This document shows, piece by piece, positions 27,026-41,700 of a DNA stretch of 64,000 bases; position 1 is the first letter of the stretch, and every line of letters begins with the position of its first letter. The stretch is taken from NCBI RefSeq assembly GCF_026571515.1, contig NW_026853943.1, positions 62,001 through 126,000 on the forward strand, given 5' to 3'. The DNA is from Ruditapes philippinarum (taxonomy: Eukaryota). Both the position numbers and the translations under genes were made by a program. The notes beneath the pieces were generated by a model that was not told the origin of the DNA, did no database searches, and saw only the letters and a list, made by a program, of their open reading frames with translations.

Positions 27026-27648
27026 GGAATGTAGGACAAAACCCCACACGGCAAAACCCCACACCTCAAAACTCCACACGTCAAAACTCCACACCTCAAA
27101 ATTTTATAGTGTGGGCAAAACACCACACATGAATTTAAAAGAATGTACACAACCCCACACCTTAAATTTTCCAGAGTGGACATAACCCAACACTTTCTAC
27201 TTATTTGTTATGATACAATTCATATGAGTGTGATCATGAAAGTAATTGTAAGAAAAAAGATTTACTTAAGTTTATATAGTTACTTCTATTGTTTAACATA
27301 GTTCCTTTGATCATGATAATAAAATGGTATCTTGTAATCTATTTTCGGTTTACAATGCAATATGATTGAAATGATAAAAGACTATACAAAATTAATATTA
27401 CAAACTGTGAAATAAAGATCAAAGGGTTAACTAAAATTTCTACAACATGTTAAACAAAAGGGTAAACATTCATTATCCTTAATTAACATTAATTATTCTA
27501 AGTGTCAATAAAGTTGGTTATTTTTAAACAAATTAGTAATAAAAAGTGTGGGATTACGTCCACTCTATAAAATCCATGTGTGGGGTTTTATCCACTCTAT
27601 AAATTTTGAGGTGTGGGGTTTTGACGTATGGGGTTTTGTCCGTCTTCC
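27026..27648. mobile_element. MITE with subterminal aaaaccccacac repeats
   Basis: ggaatgtaggacaaaaccccacac... versus ...gtgtggggttttgacgtatggggttttgtccgtcttcc. Confidence 0.75.
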
Positions 27649-27907
27649 AGTCTATTACATGATAAGGTCACAGTCGCTAAAAAAGATCAATTTTTTTTTC
27701 AACCATCCTATTCCATAATTGTCCAAAGTTGCTTGTATTGCATTATCTATGCCATTTCCTCATGCCCCCATTCCATTTGTAACGTTATCTGTTACAGGCT
27801 ATTTAAAAATATATAGTGCAAAATATTAAAAGTAATTGTTTTTTGTAATTTTTTATCTCAAAATTTTCTAAAATTAAAGAATTTTACAAAATTACATATA
27901 TTTTCTA

Positions 27908-28422
27908 CGGAATGCCGTTAGGGCCATCGCCTATTAATGTGTTGATCTGAAACGCGATAGTCGATAGTACGATGGTGAAAACGCGAAATCACGAAACTAC
28001 GATGGTGAAAACTTGAAAGTACGATGATGAAAACGCCATCGTACTATCGACTATCGCGTTTCAGATTAACACATTCATAGGCGATGGCCCTAACGGCATT
28101 CCGGAATGCCGTTAGGGTCGTCGCCTATGAATGGTTTGATCTGAAACGCGATACTCGACAGTACGATAATGAAAACGCGAAATCACGAAACTACGATGGT
28201 GAAAACGCGACATTACGATGGTGAAAACACGATAGTTTATCGCGTTTTCATCATCGTAGTATCGTACTGTCGCATTTTCATCATCGTACTATCGCGTTTT
28301 CATCATCGTACTTTCAAGTTTTCACCATCGTAGTTTCGTGATTTCGCGTTTTCACCATCGTATTATCGACTATCGCGTTTCAGATCAACACATTCATAGG
28401 CGATGGCCCTAACGGCATTCCG
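27908..28422. mobile_element. Fused dimer of a palindromic MITE flanked by TA (Tc1/mariner-like)
   Basis: TA|cggaatgccgttagggccatcgcctat ... ataggcgatggccctaacggcattccg|TA; an internal TIR-TIR junction ggcattccggaatgcc at about 28095-28110; internal tacgatggtgaaaacgcga repeats. Confidence 0.85.
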
Positions 28423-30315
28423 TAATTTTCTTATCAAATTTCATGAAATTAACATGTTCCAAGTTTTACTTTTGCCATGTGAAAAACTGAAATGCTTTAG
28501 CAAGGTTATCTGTCTTTCATTACATTTGAAGGTTATGTTACAATTTATTATTTTATGTATTGTTACTGGATATAAATTTATTTTAACATAATTCTCTCAT
28601 GCATCATGTTAAGAATCTAGTCATGAATGTACTGCATGCATTCATATTTTGGATTTATATTTAATTGTACCACTTAGATAATGTAGTGTTTACAGTTAAT
28701 AAAGTTGTTCTCAATTAGTTTATTCTTAGTTTCTTCCCTCTTTAAATATAATATTCAACAACCAGTGTTAATGTCTTTATCAGATTAATAATCTGTAATT
28801 CAGTGGCCCGTATTCCTTTATGCTTTAAAATGTCAGTGTTTTTAGTAAGATTCATATGCATAAATGAGCAGCGAATACCTCAGTGCTTTCAGCGCTTTGA
28901 TTTTATGTGCTTTTGTTTGCAAATCGACAATTGTTAATCGTATCAAAACCACGAAACAATACGGAATAGTACATATGTTATGACTTAGCAAAAACATGTT
29001 ATAATTAAGCAAAAACTATCAACGCTTCAATCAAGCATAGCCTTTAACATTTTAGTGCCCTGTTTATCATTTTACTGCACTTGAATGATGATTCAACAGC
29101 GTACGATATCTTTCCTTTAACAATGTGCAGATTATGGATAGGCTGATTATCTTTTATCAGCATATTTAGTAACATTATCTGTCTGATAATCAAAACTTTC
29201 TGAAAGTAACTCGGTTTGCACTGCTTTAAGATAAATGTAGAAAGATAATATGACCGATCTTTATCATGATTCATTCATTTCTTAAAGTTTTGTAAAGTTT
29301 TGTGTTTTATTGAATAGTGAGCCTCTGTATTTATCGTGTTTGCTTGCTGGATAAAATGTTTCTTATTCACCTCTGTACAAGCATCAATACGATTACTAAC
29401 CTATCTAACCTCCACTAGATAAGCAAACTGCACACAGTGTATCAGTGTCGCAAACATTGCGCTCTATATAGAGTTTCGTAATAGCATTACCTATTCACGC
29501 CCGGTAAACTGTCACTCCACTCAATAATTGTTGTGTACGGAAAAACGAGCGAACAAGAGCAGAAGACAGGTTTAAACGGCTTATTGTATGTGTTTGTGTT
29601 TAATTCATATAATTTTTTCTTCTTCAAAAAATCGATCAATGTATTGCAAAATCAAAAGCGTTTTTAGAGATGCAGTCATATACACCGACAAGTATACTCA
29701 ATAAGGTAAAATGAGCTAAACCCATGTATTGAATACAAAAACATCTGCGGGTGTTACTTAATTCAAAATGTTAACATTTTTCTGTATATAATGTTGAATC
29801 TGCTTAAAGCTGTGCTGGGGGGCGTGGACGGTAGCATGCACCTTCCAGTACCGGCTATAAAGACTAAACCAGACAGAATCTGCAACATTTGCAATTTTGT
29901 CGTTTTTTGGCGTTCTTTGGGGGTTCTATTTCTCTCTGTAAATGATGATGTGATTGTGTACTGTTTAAATATACGTAGATATATCTTAAACAACAAGAAC
30001 ATGTTTTGTTGAAGACGAATTTTTAATCTGTTCACACTTGTTGAAACATGAATTGTCAAAGCCCGAGCAAGATTGTAAATTATACCATATTCGATATAGT
30101 AGATCGAGAAATAAACATTTTATATTTAGTGTTTGACCTAAATCATCAAATTAGTAGGATGTCCTGTAATCAAATGTGTATGGCAATACATAAAAATATT
30201 TAGCATAAAAAATATTTAATAACATCTATTATTCCTTTTTGAGAACTATATATTTCAATTGTCAGACGTTTTGATTAATTTTTCTTTGATACTATGTATA
30301 TAAATACTTCAGTCT

Positions 30316-31092
30316 GATAAGCTTTGATAAAAACGACTGACACCGGTAAGTGGTAAGACATGTTTCATCCTTACAATATGATATTTTCACTGCGAACTAG
30401 ATCTCAAAGGAACAAATTATATATAATTATATGAAATAAGATTAAAAGCTTTAACTTACTTCAACACATATTTAAACTAGACTAAATAAAGATTTACAAT
30501 AATTTAACATTATGACTTACCAGTTTCCATATGTTGTATACAGATACATGTACATATAGCTCGTGTGCAAATTTGCAAAGAATGAATATGTTGTTCGATT
30601 AAAATCTTGACATAATAAATCAAAAGTAGTAAAAATGCATTGAATTGACTAAGACATACATTTTTAAATATTTCTTGTTACTAACTATGTATCTAAAACA
30701 AAGAAAATATACATACTTGTTTTATAACGTTTACAGTAAAACAGGAAGCCTTAAAGTGACATTATGCTAATTTTTTCATTGTAAAATTGACTTAATTGAC
30801 TATATATTTCAATAAATTGGTCGTTATAATGATGATTGACCAACACTTGATATTTGAAAATGTTTAGGGTAAAACATTTATCTACCTTAATATATAAAAA
30901 GACTGCCCCACTCTTTTTATAAATTGCAAGTTACAGATACATCCCGATGGATACTTGCATGTGAAGTTAATTATAAAATTGAAAGAAATTATGAGAAAAT
31001 GTTAATTTATTTTGACTTCGCCTGTTCACCCTATATCTAACCATGAATGGGCATAATGTCACTTTAAAAACAGTCAAAACGACAAAATTGAG
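30316..31092 (-). pseudogene. Relic fragment of a pseudocaspase-Roco gene (frameshifted exon 6 plus flanking intron)
   Basis: 30316-30690 aligns with 40530-40900 of paralog A. The exon-6 copy 30605-30521 keeps its splice sites but is 85 nt instead of 80 nt. Homology resumes (gtcaaaacgacaaaattga) after a MITE insertion. Confidence 0.8.
30755..31063. mobile_element. TTAA-flanked MITE (TIR AGTGACATTATGC)
   Basis: TTAA|agtgacattatgc ... gcataatgtcact|TTAA. Confidence 0.75.
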
Positions 31093-32714
31093 CGTGCTTT
31101 ATGCTTGGTTGAGTCTTTTCAAAGAAACCAAAGTGAAATGTTATTTACAGTTCGTCACACGGTGAACCGCACGTGCACGTCCTGTTAGTTATAATCTGAT
31201 ATCGTTTATGAACATATCATTTTTCATAACATTGTAGATATGAACAAGATAATTTTATATATTTAGTAACATTTAATGACGTTTTTTTTCTTATATTTTT
31301 TTCTTAGTATTTTTAAATCATATAGCAATAGACTGCTATAAATCTGTAAAATATTGGCCATGCTTTTTATTGCTGTATTTAATGAATGTTTTGAACTACG
31401 TAAATATGCATGGATGAAACGTAAGTAAACAAATAGAATATAAACCTATCACCAGTTGACTATTTTCAAAAGATTGTATTGACCCGTATGGTGTCAAATT
31501 GAAAAAAGGCTGTTTTTGATGACAGTTTTATATGAATAACTTTTAATGATTTTTGTTGTTGCTGTTTTTGTGTTCTTTTTGTTTGTTTGTATGTTAATTT
31601 AATGTGTTTATAATTACCTTGTGGCGGTTGTAAAGATTAAAGAGACTCCTTTGCGGCTTGCTTTGACATAACGGACTGGAAATATTTGTTTCGAGATTTT
31701 TGTTTTATTCTTTTTACTACTTGATGCAAGTCTATCGAAATAATTTTGTGTAAAACTTCAAATCATTCACTCATTTTTTTTTTAAACAATCATTGACATT
31801 GTGCATCTTTCATAATTTCGTCCGTTTTAATGGCCCCTGTTGATTTATGTAGATTTTGTAAAATGTATGGGCTTCAGTCTATGTCAGAGATATTGCATTT
31901 AAGATTGTTTAAAAAGTCATTTTGTTCTTTTATTCTAATCTTCTTCCAACTGATTGGTTTAACCACGCGACCATGATTAAGCTTTTTATTATTACCAATC
32001 AACAAGTAATGGCTTGATAATGGCTTTATAATTTTTGATGCCAGCACTATTAAGTGTTGAGAATTGATTACCGCACAAGCCGGTTCTAGGGGGCGTGAGG
32101 GATGTTGCACTTATTCATTATTCCTGATGTACAGACTCAATCAAATCGAGTCTGTAATTCTTATGTTATTTTGTTGTAATTAATGCTTCCGAGGGATCAC
32201 TTTGTTTCCAGATTTTTATAAGTCTACATAATATAGAATACTTGCCGCGTAATCAGAAAAGAACGTTTCGTAAAATAAAATGTATGTTTTAATTATAGGT
32301 TTTGTTGTGACAAAATACAAAAATAAAAGTTACTTTGCTTTATTTGAATTGAAATACAAACGCCGAAAATAATGTGTTTCCGCGGCTGCAAATATGTTTC
32401 CGTTCGCATTTTAAAGAAGAGCGTATTTGAAAAAGGAAAGGAAATCGGACAATTTACCCAAATTAATACACATTGTTTGTCATATTTTAAAACAGATATT
32501 ATTGGAAGACTGAAAAATTATCATTTATTATTTTTGAACTTATATACTTGTAAACAACCAAACGGGATAATATTTGATTAATTTGAAATAACAAAAAAAT
32601 CTGATTCTTCATCTTATCCATTCAATGACTCCCAAACTGATATAATTTCTATTAATATGTACATACGAATGTTAACTTTGACGACAAAATTAGTTCCCAT
32701 ATTAAATATAAAAG

Positions 32715-35700
32715 TTACAGGTCGTCAAATACATTCTGAGCCTCTTCAAAGTCAATGGCTATGCCTTCCTTGGCAGCCCTCATTAGATCTTGCAATAAAT
32801 CCATATTTGACGCTCTTCTGCCATCTTTGTCTATATTTGACTTCCATTGGTAAAGAGCATAAAACTTCTGATATCTTTCGTTTTCTGGATAGTTTTCTTC
32901 TATCTTCTCAACTGGAACATCCTGCATTCAATTATGATATAGAAATAATGTTTTGCTGTTTTATCATAATGTAAAACTGCTTATGAAATAGCTTTTATAG
33001 ACACCTGTCTCGTTTTTATATTGTTCTGATGCATATAAACTCTCAGCAGAGAAAATTAAAGGAAACCGAAACAAACAATGTGAAGAAGGCTACCTATTTT
33101 TCTCCAACTTAAAACTAAGCCATGCTGAAAAGGTTTTTGAGCTATTGATGCATTTAAGCATGTAAAATAGGAGGTGTTAAGGATCTTTACTTATAAAGCC
33201 ATTCTCCTAAAGTTTCCTATATATAATGAACTGTAAAAACATGGTTATAATGACGTGTATAAATATATTTGATATAAAATAGCATAAACAAATTAGTATG
33301 GAAGTTTTAAACCTTGACATTCATAACTTTCATCAGCCTTTTCCAGTCTTTCCCGATAGCGTTTGTCAGTCTCGACAATGTTTTCTCTGTAATATGCCTA
33401 TGCTTCACCTCTTCAGGTAATCTTACGACCCATGTATCTAGATAAGCGCAATTATCGTTTCTTAGATAAAAGTTTTAGCAAATTTAGAAACAAAATCCTA
33501 TAAAAATATTTTTTTTAATTATTTCTATAAGTACGACAATGTAATTATAATTTATTTAGTTTTCGTGTTCCTCCAATAAAATCCAAATGAAAAATATAAT
33601 AAATTTTAATTAATAATTTTCTATTATATTAAATAAAGATTAGAAAGGCAAGCCTTAAAATTATTACTGATCGCTTTATTTTTTAATCATAACTTGAAGT
33701 AGGAACATAAATACCAAATACACTTGGACCTTCCAAAGGAATGCCTCGAGGTATCTGAAAATAAATGGAATATAAATATATCAATTAATAAAAAGTGAAG
33801 TCATGACAGATAATGTACACTGAATAGCAATATTCTAGAAGGATAATCATTGAATATTACCTTTCCATTAAACCATTCATGAAGCATTTCGACTGGCTTT
33901 AATGAGTGTGGGTCAGTTTTGTCCGAGTGCTCGGCACAGAAGAAGTCTGTTCCTACAGCATTTAATAGGTCCTTTTCATTATGCAACCCTTCCTCTAAAA
34001 TATCGTCTTCCGTCGTTTCCTTGCATTGTAATTCATAAGAAAAATAGCGTGCTTCCTCTGAACTTTGTTCAACTTGAAAACGCATGAACTCTTTCTTCAC
34101 AGCCGATGTTATGAAGCGACGAACTCGGTCACAAATATTTGAATCAACCATACCTGCTTTCTTTGAACTGTATCTTGTTAATCGCAAACCAATTTTTGAT
34201 TGTCTGCTAAACAGATATAGTCTATGAAGATCCTCTCCTTTTCCGTAGTTAACCTCAAACACAGCACAACCACAATACATCAACATCTTCTTTCCGTTCT
34301 TAGCTATTGGCCACTTGCCTATACACAATGCTACAACACGGTAGAAGATTGCTGGAGGCATAAAGTCATTACAAAAGCTCAAACACAGAACAGGTGTACT
34401 GAACGATCCAATTCTTTCCTGCTTTTGTAGTAAGGTGATTGGTGGGATTTCTTTGAGCATACATGGAACGTAATAAAAATCCAGTTTCATAGCAGCTTCC
34501 CCATCTTCAGTCAGTATTGATGCTATTGCAATGATATCTAGTTCCTCCAGAACATCAAGAAGAAGATCAGAATTTTTTAAAAAGCTATTTTCCTCATCCA
34601 ATTTCCAAATTTGCCTTGCAAACTCAGGTGTGAGTCTTCCATTTTCATTGAATTCTTCCCATTGACTCTGTAAATTTCCATACTTTGTTCTAAAATCTGT
34701 TGCGCCAATGAGACTTCTGAAGGCATTTATGATCCATTGGGGTTGCAGAATGATGAACTTGTTTAATTTGTCAGAATCACCGAAGTGGATGATAGAGCCC
34801 GTATCATGATGCGCCTTGAGGAAAATCTGAAGCTGTTTTTTTTCTTTCAAAGGACTTGCAAGTGTGTTATCAAGTTGTACAAGTTGTTTCATAGTTATAA
34901 ACTGTTTCCCCTCTAATCGCTTCTCATCAAGAACTTGCTCGAGTTCAAGCCATTTAGCTGGAATCAATTCTCCCCAGTACGGCATTGTTTCTGAGATAGA
35001 TAATATTGTATCTTTCAACCTTTCTAACTCCTTATCTTCTATTGTATTGTTTAAAAGGAAAAATTCGTGCCGAATATTACTTAAGTGTGGCGATCCTTGG
35101 AAAACGTTTCTTATCTTTCTAAAATACATATTTGCCTTAACTGTTTTCTCTGAATCATTCTGAAAGAGATAAGCAAATCATGACAGCTTCATAAATCACA
35201 ATTGTTTTGAGTTTGCATCAACATACAAACGTTACGTCCCAAGCAGCGTTCTTATAATTCTTAACATTAAGTCCTTATATCAAAAAATATCAAATGTATG
35301 CATGCTTTTAAAGATGATTTTCTTTAAAAGAAAATTGAAAAAAGGAAAATAAGAACAAAGGCAAAAGACTTTTTGTATTTAATAGAATTAAAATTTTATA
35401 GTCAACTACATGTATATTTTTAAACTTAAAGTAATCAAATTAATCAAATGATAAAATTGCAGAACAGAAAATGTACCCCTGTGAGTTTGTCGCTATGTGT
35501 ACCCACAATTACGATCGGAGGTATGCCATACGACGATCCTTTTGCGTATGTGAAAATAGATCTTAACCAGAAGTTGATACCACCTTCAATAAACAGAAGT
35601 TGCAAAATTATGTTGTTATTTCTTGTATGCATTAATCGGCTTTATTAACATAGCCAAATGAACACCTTAAGGGTCGCTCAACACTGGAAAATTAGAAAAT

Positions 35701-38700
35701 ATTGCAGGCTCCCTTTGCATGGAACATCAAATAATTAAGCTGATCTCAATATTAAAACATTTAATTAAGAATTTACAAAACCTCCACCGATCTGTATCGC
35801 TTAGTTTGAAAAATGAAAACATGTTTTATCATCTTTTAAAGCATTTAATATAAAAGTCATTTTGTTTTATACATATATCTAATGTTATATATACCAATTT
35901 CAAATTAATTAAACAATGAAGAAATAAAAGTTAATACGTGCCTTTAGTCTCAATTGATTGTTTCCCTCTTATATCCATATACCAATCGTTTAAGGTTTTA
36001 TCAAGATCGTCCTCCATATTTAAAACAAGAAGATATATCGATCGTTGACTAAAGAAGAGCTGATGAGTTGCATAATAAACAAACTGACCAGCGAAGTCCC
36101 ATAGTGAAACTATAGCTTCTGAGTATTGTCTTCCTTCAATGTTTCATATAATTTAAGTTTTAATTTAAATTTTCGAAAAAAAAGGAGATTGCCTAAACAA
36201 TGGAAATTCATCAGTTTACAGTAAGATTACCAGTCTCACAGTTTACATGATTACTTATTAAGTAATTGACTAAAATGTAAATTGGTAAAATAAATGTATA
36301 TTTATAATGTATGCAAAAATGGATTGTTTATATTAACAACAAATTAGTTTAATCTAAAAATCTAAAATAAAGTGATGAATGGATATTTATACCTATATTT
36401 GCTGTATCAGTTTTAAGGGCTTTTCGAGCTCTCTTCATGCTTCCCGTTTCATCGTTTACAATTTCAAAATGTTCGGTTGAATTCAAAGAATATAAACTTG
36501 AGAGAGGTGTTGATCGCACCTTGAAGAAGTATAAATAAAGAATAAAGAAAAATATTTCGCTGAATATATTAGTCACATTTTCTGTTATACCCTTAGTTTT
36601 GTATGTATTATCATGCATACAATTTTATTTGCACGTGTCTCTATAGCAGGTGTCAGAAAAATACATAAGATATTATTAGCATAACTGGTTTCCCGAAAAA
36701 TACACCTTTCTTTAAATAATTTGAAATTAATAATATTTCAGAATAAACAGTACATAGCATGGCATTTGATGGACTAACATGTTAAGTAACAATATTACAT
36801 AATTATCATCATGTACAGAAGTGCTTGAAAGACTAGATTGACAAAAAAAATATTAAGAGTAGTGATAAGAAAAACAAACTTAACCACTGAATAAAAATAA
36901 TCATTTTTAAAGACTTTTAAAAAGTTTCTAATGAAACGATAATTAGATTAATTCATTTACAAAGAATGACAACTATAAATGACTGAAATTGGCTTTGCCA
37001 TTTTTATCAGGGCTGTGTTACGATATTCTAGCCAGACAGAGACTTTTTGCCTTATAACGGTTAAAAAGGAAACATAAGCAAATTAAACAAGGATTTAAAA
37101 ACAACAATCACCACGTAAATCACAGTGTGAACAAATAAGATGTAATACAAGAAATATTCACTGAGTGAAAGTTGTGTTTTTACTTGTATAAGTTCCACTT
37201 TGAATAACAATCTTAAGGGAAAGACTTTTTGCTCAAACCGTTTTACTGTAACAGCCTTTATACTAAAATGGAATGATAATAACTAAGCTTGAGAGAAATA
37301 TTCATTCGTGTAAAAAACCTGATTACCTATACACTGCAAAACGACTTATCAGTAAATCAAGCATTAACCTTTTTTCAAACTTGTGTTACATATCATTGAA
37401 TTGGCCCTACATTTATACAATCTAATGTTATATGCAAGTCTCACTTACATTCATTCTTCGACATTCACTTGTTCCCAATAAACTGGATGACCTTGATGAG
37501 GTTGAGCTCGATGCACTATCGTCATTAGCTGTACCTTCACATTCATCAATTACCCGTTTTTTGCTTAAACCTTTCGAACTATACAATTTTTGTGAATGAA
37601 GGTTATATTCGTCTTCGATATTTTTCGCACAAGTTTTGTCTTTAACTATGTCTGCTAGTAATTTTGGTTCTTGAAATTCTAAGTTTTTAATGTCTGGAAG
37701 CTGACCCTGTGTTGCTTCGTCAGCAAAGTGTAGGGTCTTAAGTTTTTTATGCGTCAAATGTTCTGTAGTATCTATAAATAATATTTACAAAGTAGTGTAT
37801 ATAAAAACATTTAATTTAATCAATTTATTAAAAAATATGATGACACAATGCATAGATCACTATTTTTCTAATTTTATTTCATTATAATTACTTTCAATAA
37901 CTATTGAATAAAGCATCAGTATTTTTAACTAAATATTTGCCAAATTTTAACACATGTTCGTGTACATATTTATATCCTCGCAATTTATCTAAGTCATTTA
38001 CCATTGTATATCTTCCATTTTCTATTTCTGATATCTATTTTACATCTTCCAGTATGTACATCTATTCCGTCAGTACTTGTAACGTCATCAATTTCCTTTC
38101 CCAAAATGCGTCGTGCTGTACTCGTTTTTCCCGCGCCATACAAGCCAACAAACATCAGTCGTATATTATATGTTTTGACTTTTCCCTTTTCCAACATTTT
38201 CTTATATAACTGCATATCTTCAGGATGCATAATCTCAATTTCGTCGGGAAACACTGAGATTTATATAGAAGTGTTTTTCAATATGTATTGCAAATATGTT
38301 CCATTTTTGTAATGCATTTTCTGATAATGTATCACAAGCACGAGCAGAAGAGTTACGTAAAGCACATGAAATACATGTATATGAGGTTCGTGTGTTCTAC
38401 CACAGAATGATTTTTACATGCCTTATTGTAATCACAATTTTTCGATCTTTATATTACAATATGAAACAAATCACACCAAAATCGGCCAGTAGTTTCTTAA
38501 TTATAGCCGTGTAATTTTTGTACATACAAGTTAATCTTATCCGACCGTCGGAAGATAGGTGAAAAAGTTTAGCATTGAAAACTGATTCTAGAAGATTAGC
38601 AACTTCCAGGACAACCCAATACTGCAGTCATTGACGAAAATATATCAAACAAGTCAAAAACCTTCTAGGAACCGATACACAAATAATTACCAAATGCATT

Positions 38701-41700
38701 GCGTACCTTTTGTGTCCGCTTTTACAATTTTTGTAGAAGAAAAAGAAGGCTAGGCTTATAACGAACAAATGAATACCAAATATCTTTACAGATAAACCAA
38801 ATGAAGACATGTGTTAAAATGCTACAAATGTACCCCCGTTTTACATCCATTTACACTGTCAATAAACCATAGTTTCATTTTTTTTTTAGCAAATAAGAAA
38901 GATAAATAATAAGATATGGACACGCAAAGAGATGCACAGGAACCAGGTAGCCAATCATAAAATTATGCTAAGAAAATTATGTACGCAATATTTGGAAATG
39001 CAAAAAGAAGAAACAATTCAAATTTCTTTTCCTCATTGTAGAAGTGGCACTGGGAAACTATATAAACACTGGGTATTTTAGAATGAAATGAAGTTAAAAA
39101 GGATAGAAAAATTTACGTCGTCTGGAATTAAAACAAGAAAATGCCCGAGCCCACAACTCCGAACTAGTCTTGAAAATAAGGTCATTTAGGTGTTACAACT
39201 GTCCTCATTTCATAACTTGAAAACACATATATAGGGATGTCGATATCGGACAGGATATACCTTTAGCTCTGATGTATACCAATATATGAACATTAAACCT
39301 AAATCAGATTTCACCTAAGCATTGTAAGATCGGTTTTTCGTACAAATGTTAAGGGAGAGTACTTTGACTAAATAAAAACAGTTTCAAAGTGAAATATTTT
39401 CTAAAGAATCTGTGCAAAATAAATTGAACGGTTCTAGTATATTTTCTGCTATTTTTCTGTTATTTTCTATCCATTAGTAATATTTAAGACTCCATGACTT
39501 ATCTAGCCAGTCTGATATTTTTTTTACTGTCAACATTCAATTTCAATTAAAACATGGTATGCATATAAAGGGGATATTCACTTTTTTCTGTAAATACAGG
39601 ATTTATTTTCATTGAGTGGTATGAAAATTAATATTAATTTTCATGAATGGCGGTAGCCACGAGTGAAATATGATAATTGTCATACCACAAGATTAAAGTA
39701 AATACTGTATTGAATTTTCTGTTTATTATATACATTTTTTGAAAGATTTCCCCTAAAATATTTTGTTTTGGCTGAATTTAGAAATAAGTAGTCCGACTAG
39801 ACACCAGTGAAAATATTGAAAAAATTGTTTCTCTGAAGTGAATTCTTTTTACAGTGAAAATACGGGAAATGAAAACACGCATTTTATTTCATTAATATAT
39901 TTCAATATTTCATTTATAAGTTAATAATAAATTTTCATATTTACCAGATGAAGTTAGTCCAGGGAAAAAGTAAAACTCTTTCTTCATTGTACAATGTGTC
40001 GATGCTGCAAATCTATGGAGCCTCGCATTTTGTAACATCTTTTTAGGTCAGTCAACAAAAATATCAAAATATCATGGTTAATTATTGATAGGTAAATTTA
40101 TTATCAAATACATTTTAAAATATATTTCAATTACATAAAATTGAAAAGTGCAATTGGTTGTGTATATTATACAATATTTGGTATTTGTGCCTCTAAAATA
40201 ACGTAAAAAAACTCAGTCAATCCCACAGAAACAAACGAACCAACTAAAACAGCAATTTATAAAATGCAATTATAACAAGGATAAAACATTGGTACTGAAA
40301 CTTTCAATAATTTTATATCTTGTTTGTAAATATATATATTCTTTTACATTCAGCTGGATTCGCATTCATTCATTTTTAACAAAAAAAGTTTGCAAATTTG
40401 CAAAAGAGTGTTTTTCGAATTTTTGAAGTTCCTGCCACCTTTATCATATGACACATTACCCGTATTGAATTTTTGTTTTGTCTTATGTTGTGAAAAATAC
40501 TATTTCGATACTTTGTATATCAATACCTTTGATAAGCTTTGATAAAAACGTTTGACACCGGTAAGTGATGAATCATGATCCATCCTTACAATGTGTTGTT
40601 TTCATTGCGAACTGGATCTCCACGGAAGAGCAAATATCAATATTTATAAAACTTATACTTAAAAGCTTTAACTAACTTCAACAAACATTCTAACAAAATT
40701 TAGTAAAAATGTACATTAAATCAAAACCATGACTTACCAGTTTCCAAATGTTGTATGCCGATAGCTCGTGTGCAAATTTGCATAGAATGAATATGTAGAA
40801 TATTATTCCATTAAAACCTTGAAATGATAAATCAATTGTAGTTAAAATGCATTGAATTTACTAAGACATAACATTTCAAAATATTTCTAGTTGATAAATA
40901 TGTAATAAATTTTGTCCTTTAAAACACAAAAAATATACATATACATATTTGTAAATTTAAGGTTAGCACTTAACGAAAAAATGGAAAAAAATAAGAACGG
41001 TCAAAATGACAAAATTGAAAACTTAACAGGCTTAGAAGGATTTAGTAATCTTAGAGACGCCAGTAAAAATGCAATTTTTTGCTCACACACCCTAGATGGG
41101 CTCACTGTTTTTACCCTATCCCCTTTTACCCTTACACATCTGCGGATGTTTTAAAATTCAAAATTGTACCAGGTCATGTAAAATGTTTAATTTTGCTTAA
41201 GCGTGTGCTAGGGGGCCGTGGACGGTAACTTACACTATCCAGTACCGTCCATGAACGGTCTCAATCGGACCGAGCCTGCAACATTTTCTATTTTGCCGTG
41301 CTGGGCTTTCTTTGGGGATTCTTATTTTCTCCATTTTTACAACCCTCATCCCTTTCATTCCTATATGGGCCGGTATTAGTTTTTATTATTTCACACATTA
41401 CGTGTCCCTTTCCTTTTGCCGCCCTTATGTCCACTCCCGTTCTTGGTTAGGTGTGTCGGGGGGGGGACTGCGTTCTGTGAATGTTTCCTTTGCCTTGTTG
41501 GTCTTTAAGCAGAACCATTTGAACATGGGCATGGCGTTTTATCAAACATTTAGAAAGTAGCTGAAAACATTAACGCTTTCCAACAAGGCCTATAGGAAGC
41601 TACACCACTGAGGGCAACACCGTTTGGATGCATTTAAGAATAACATTAATCAGGACAACAATATGAAACATAACGTTTTAAGCACCAGCGCATATCATAC

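Noticed and set aside
26881-27185. ORFs with CGVL and KPHT peptide repeats
   Set aside because: Translations of MITE subterminal repeats.
29044-29274. 76-aa minus-strand ORF
   Set aside because: No motif, no paralog match and no supporting splice signals.
33801-35129. Treating the 442-aa and 438-aa ORFs as stand-alone genes, or calling them LRRK2/DAPK orthologs
   Set aside because: They are internal exons bounded by splice sites; no kinase, LRR or ankyrin exons were found.
33902-35163. Plus-strand ORFs overlapping Roco exons (also 37904-38312, 53199-54059, and 23821-24102 over the lipase)
   Set aside because: Antisense shadows of real coding exons with no recognisable motifs.
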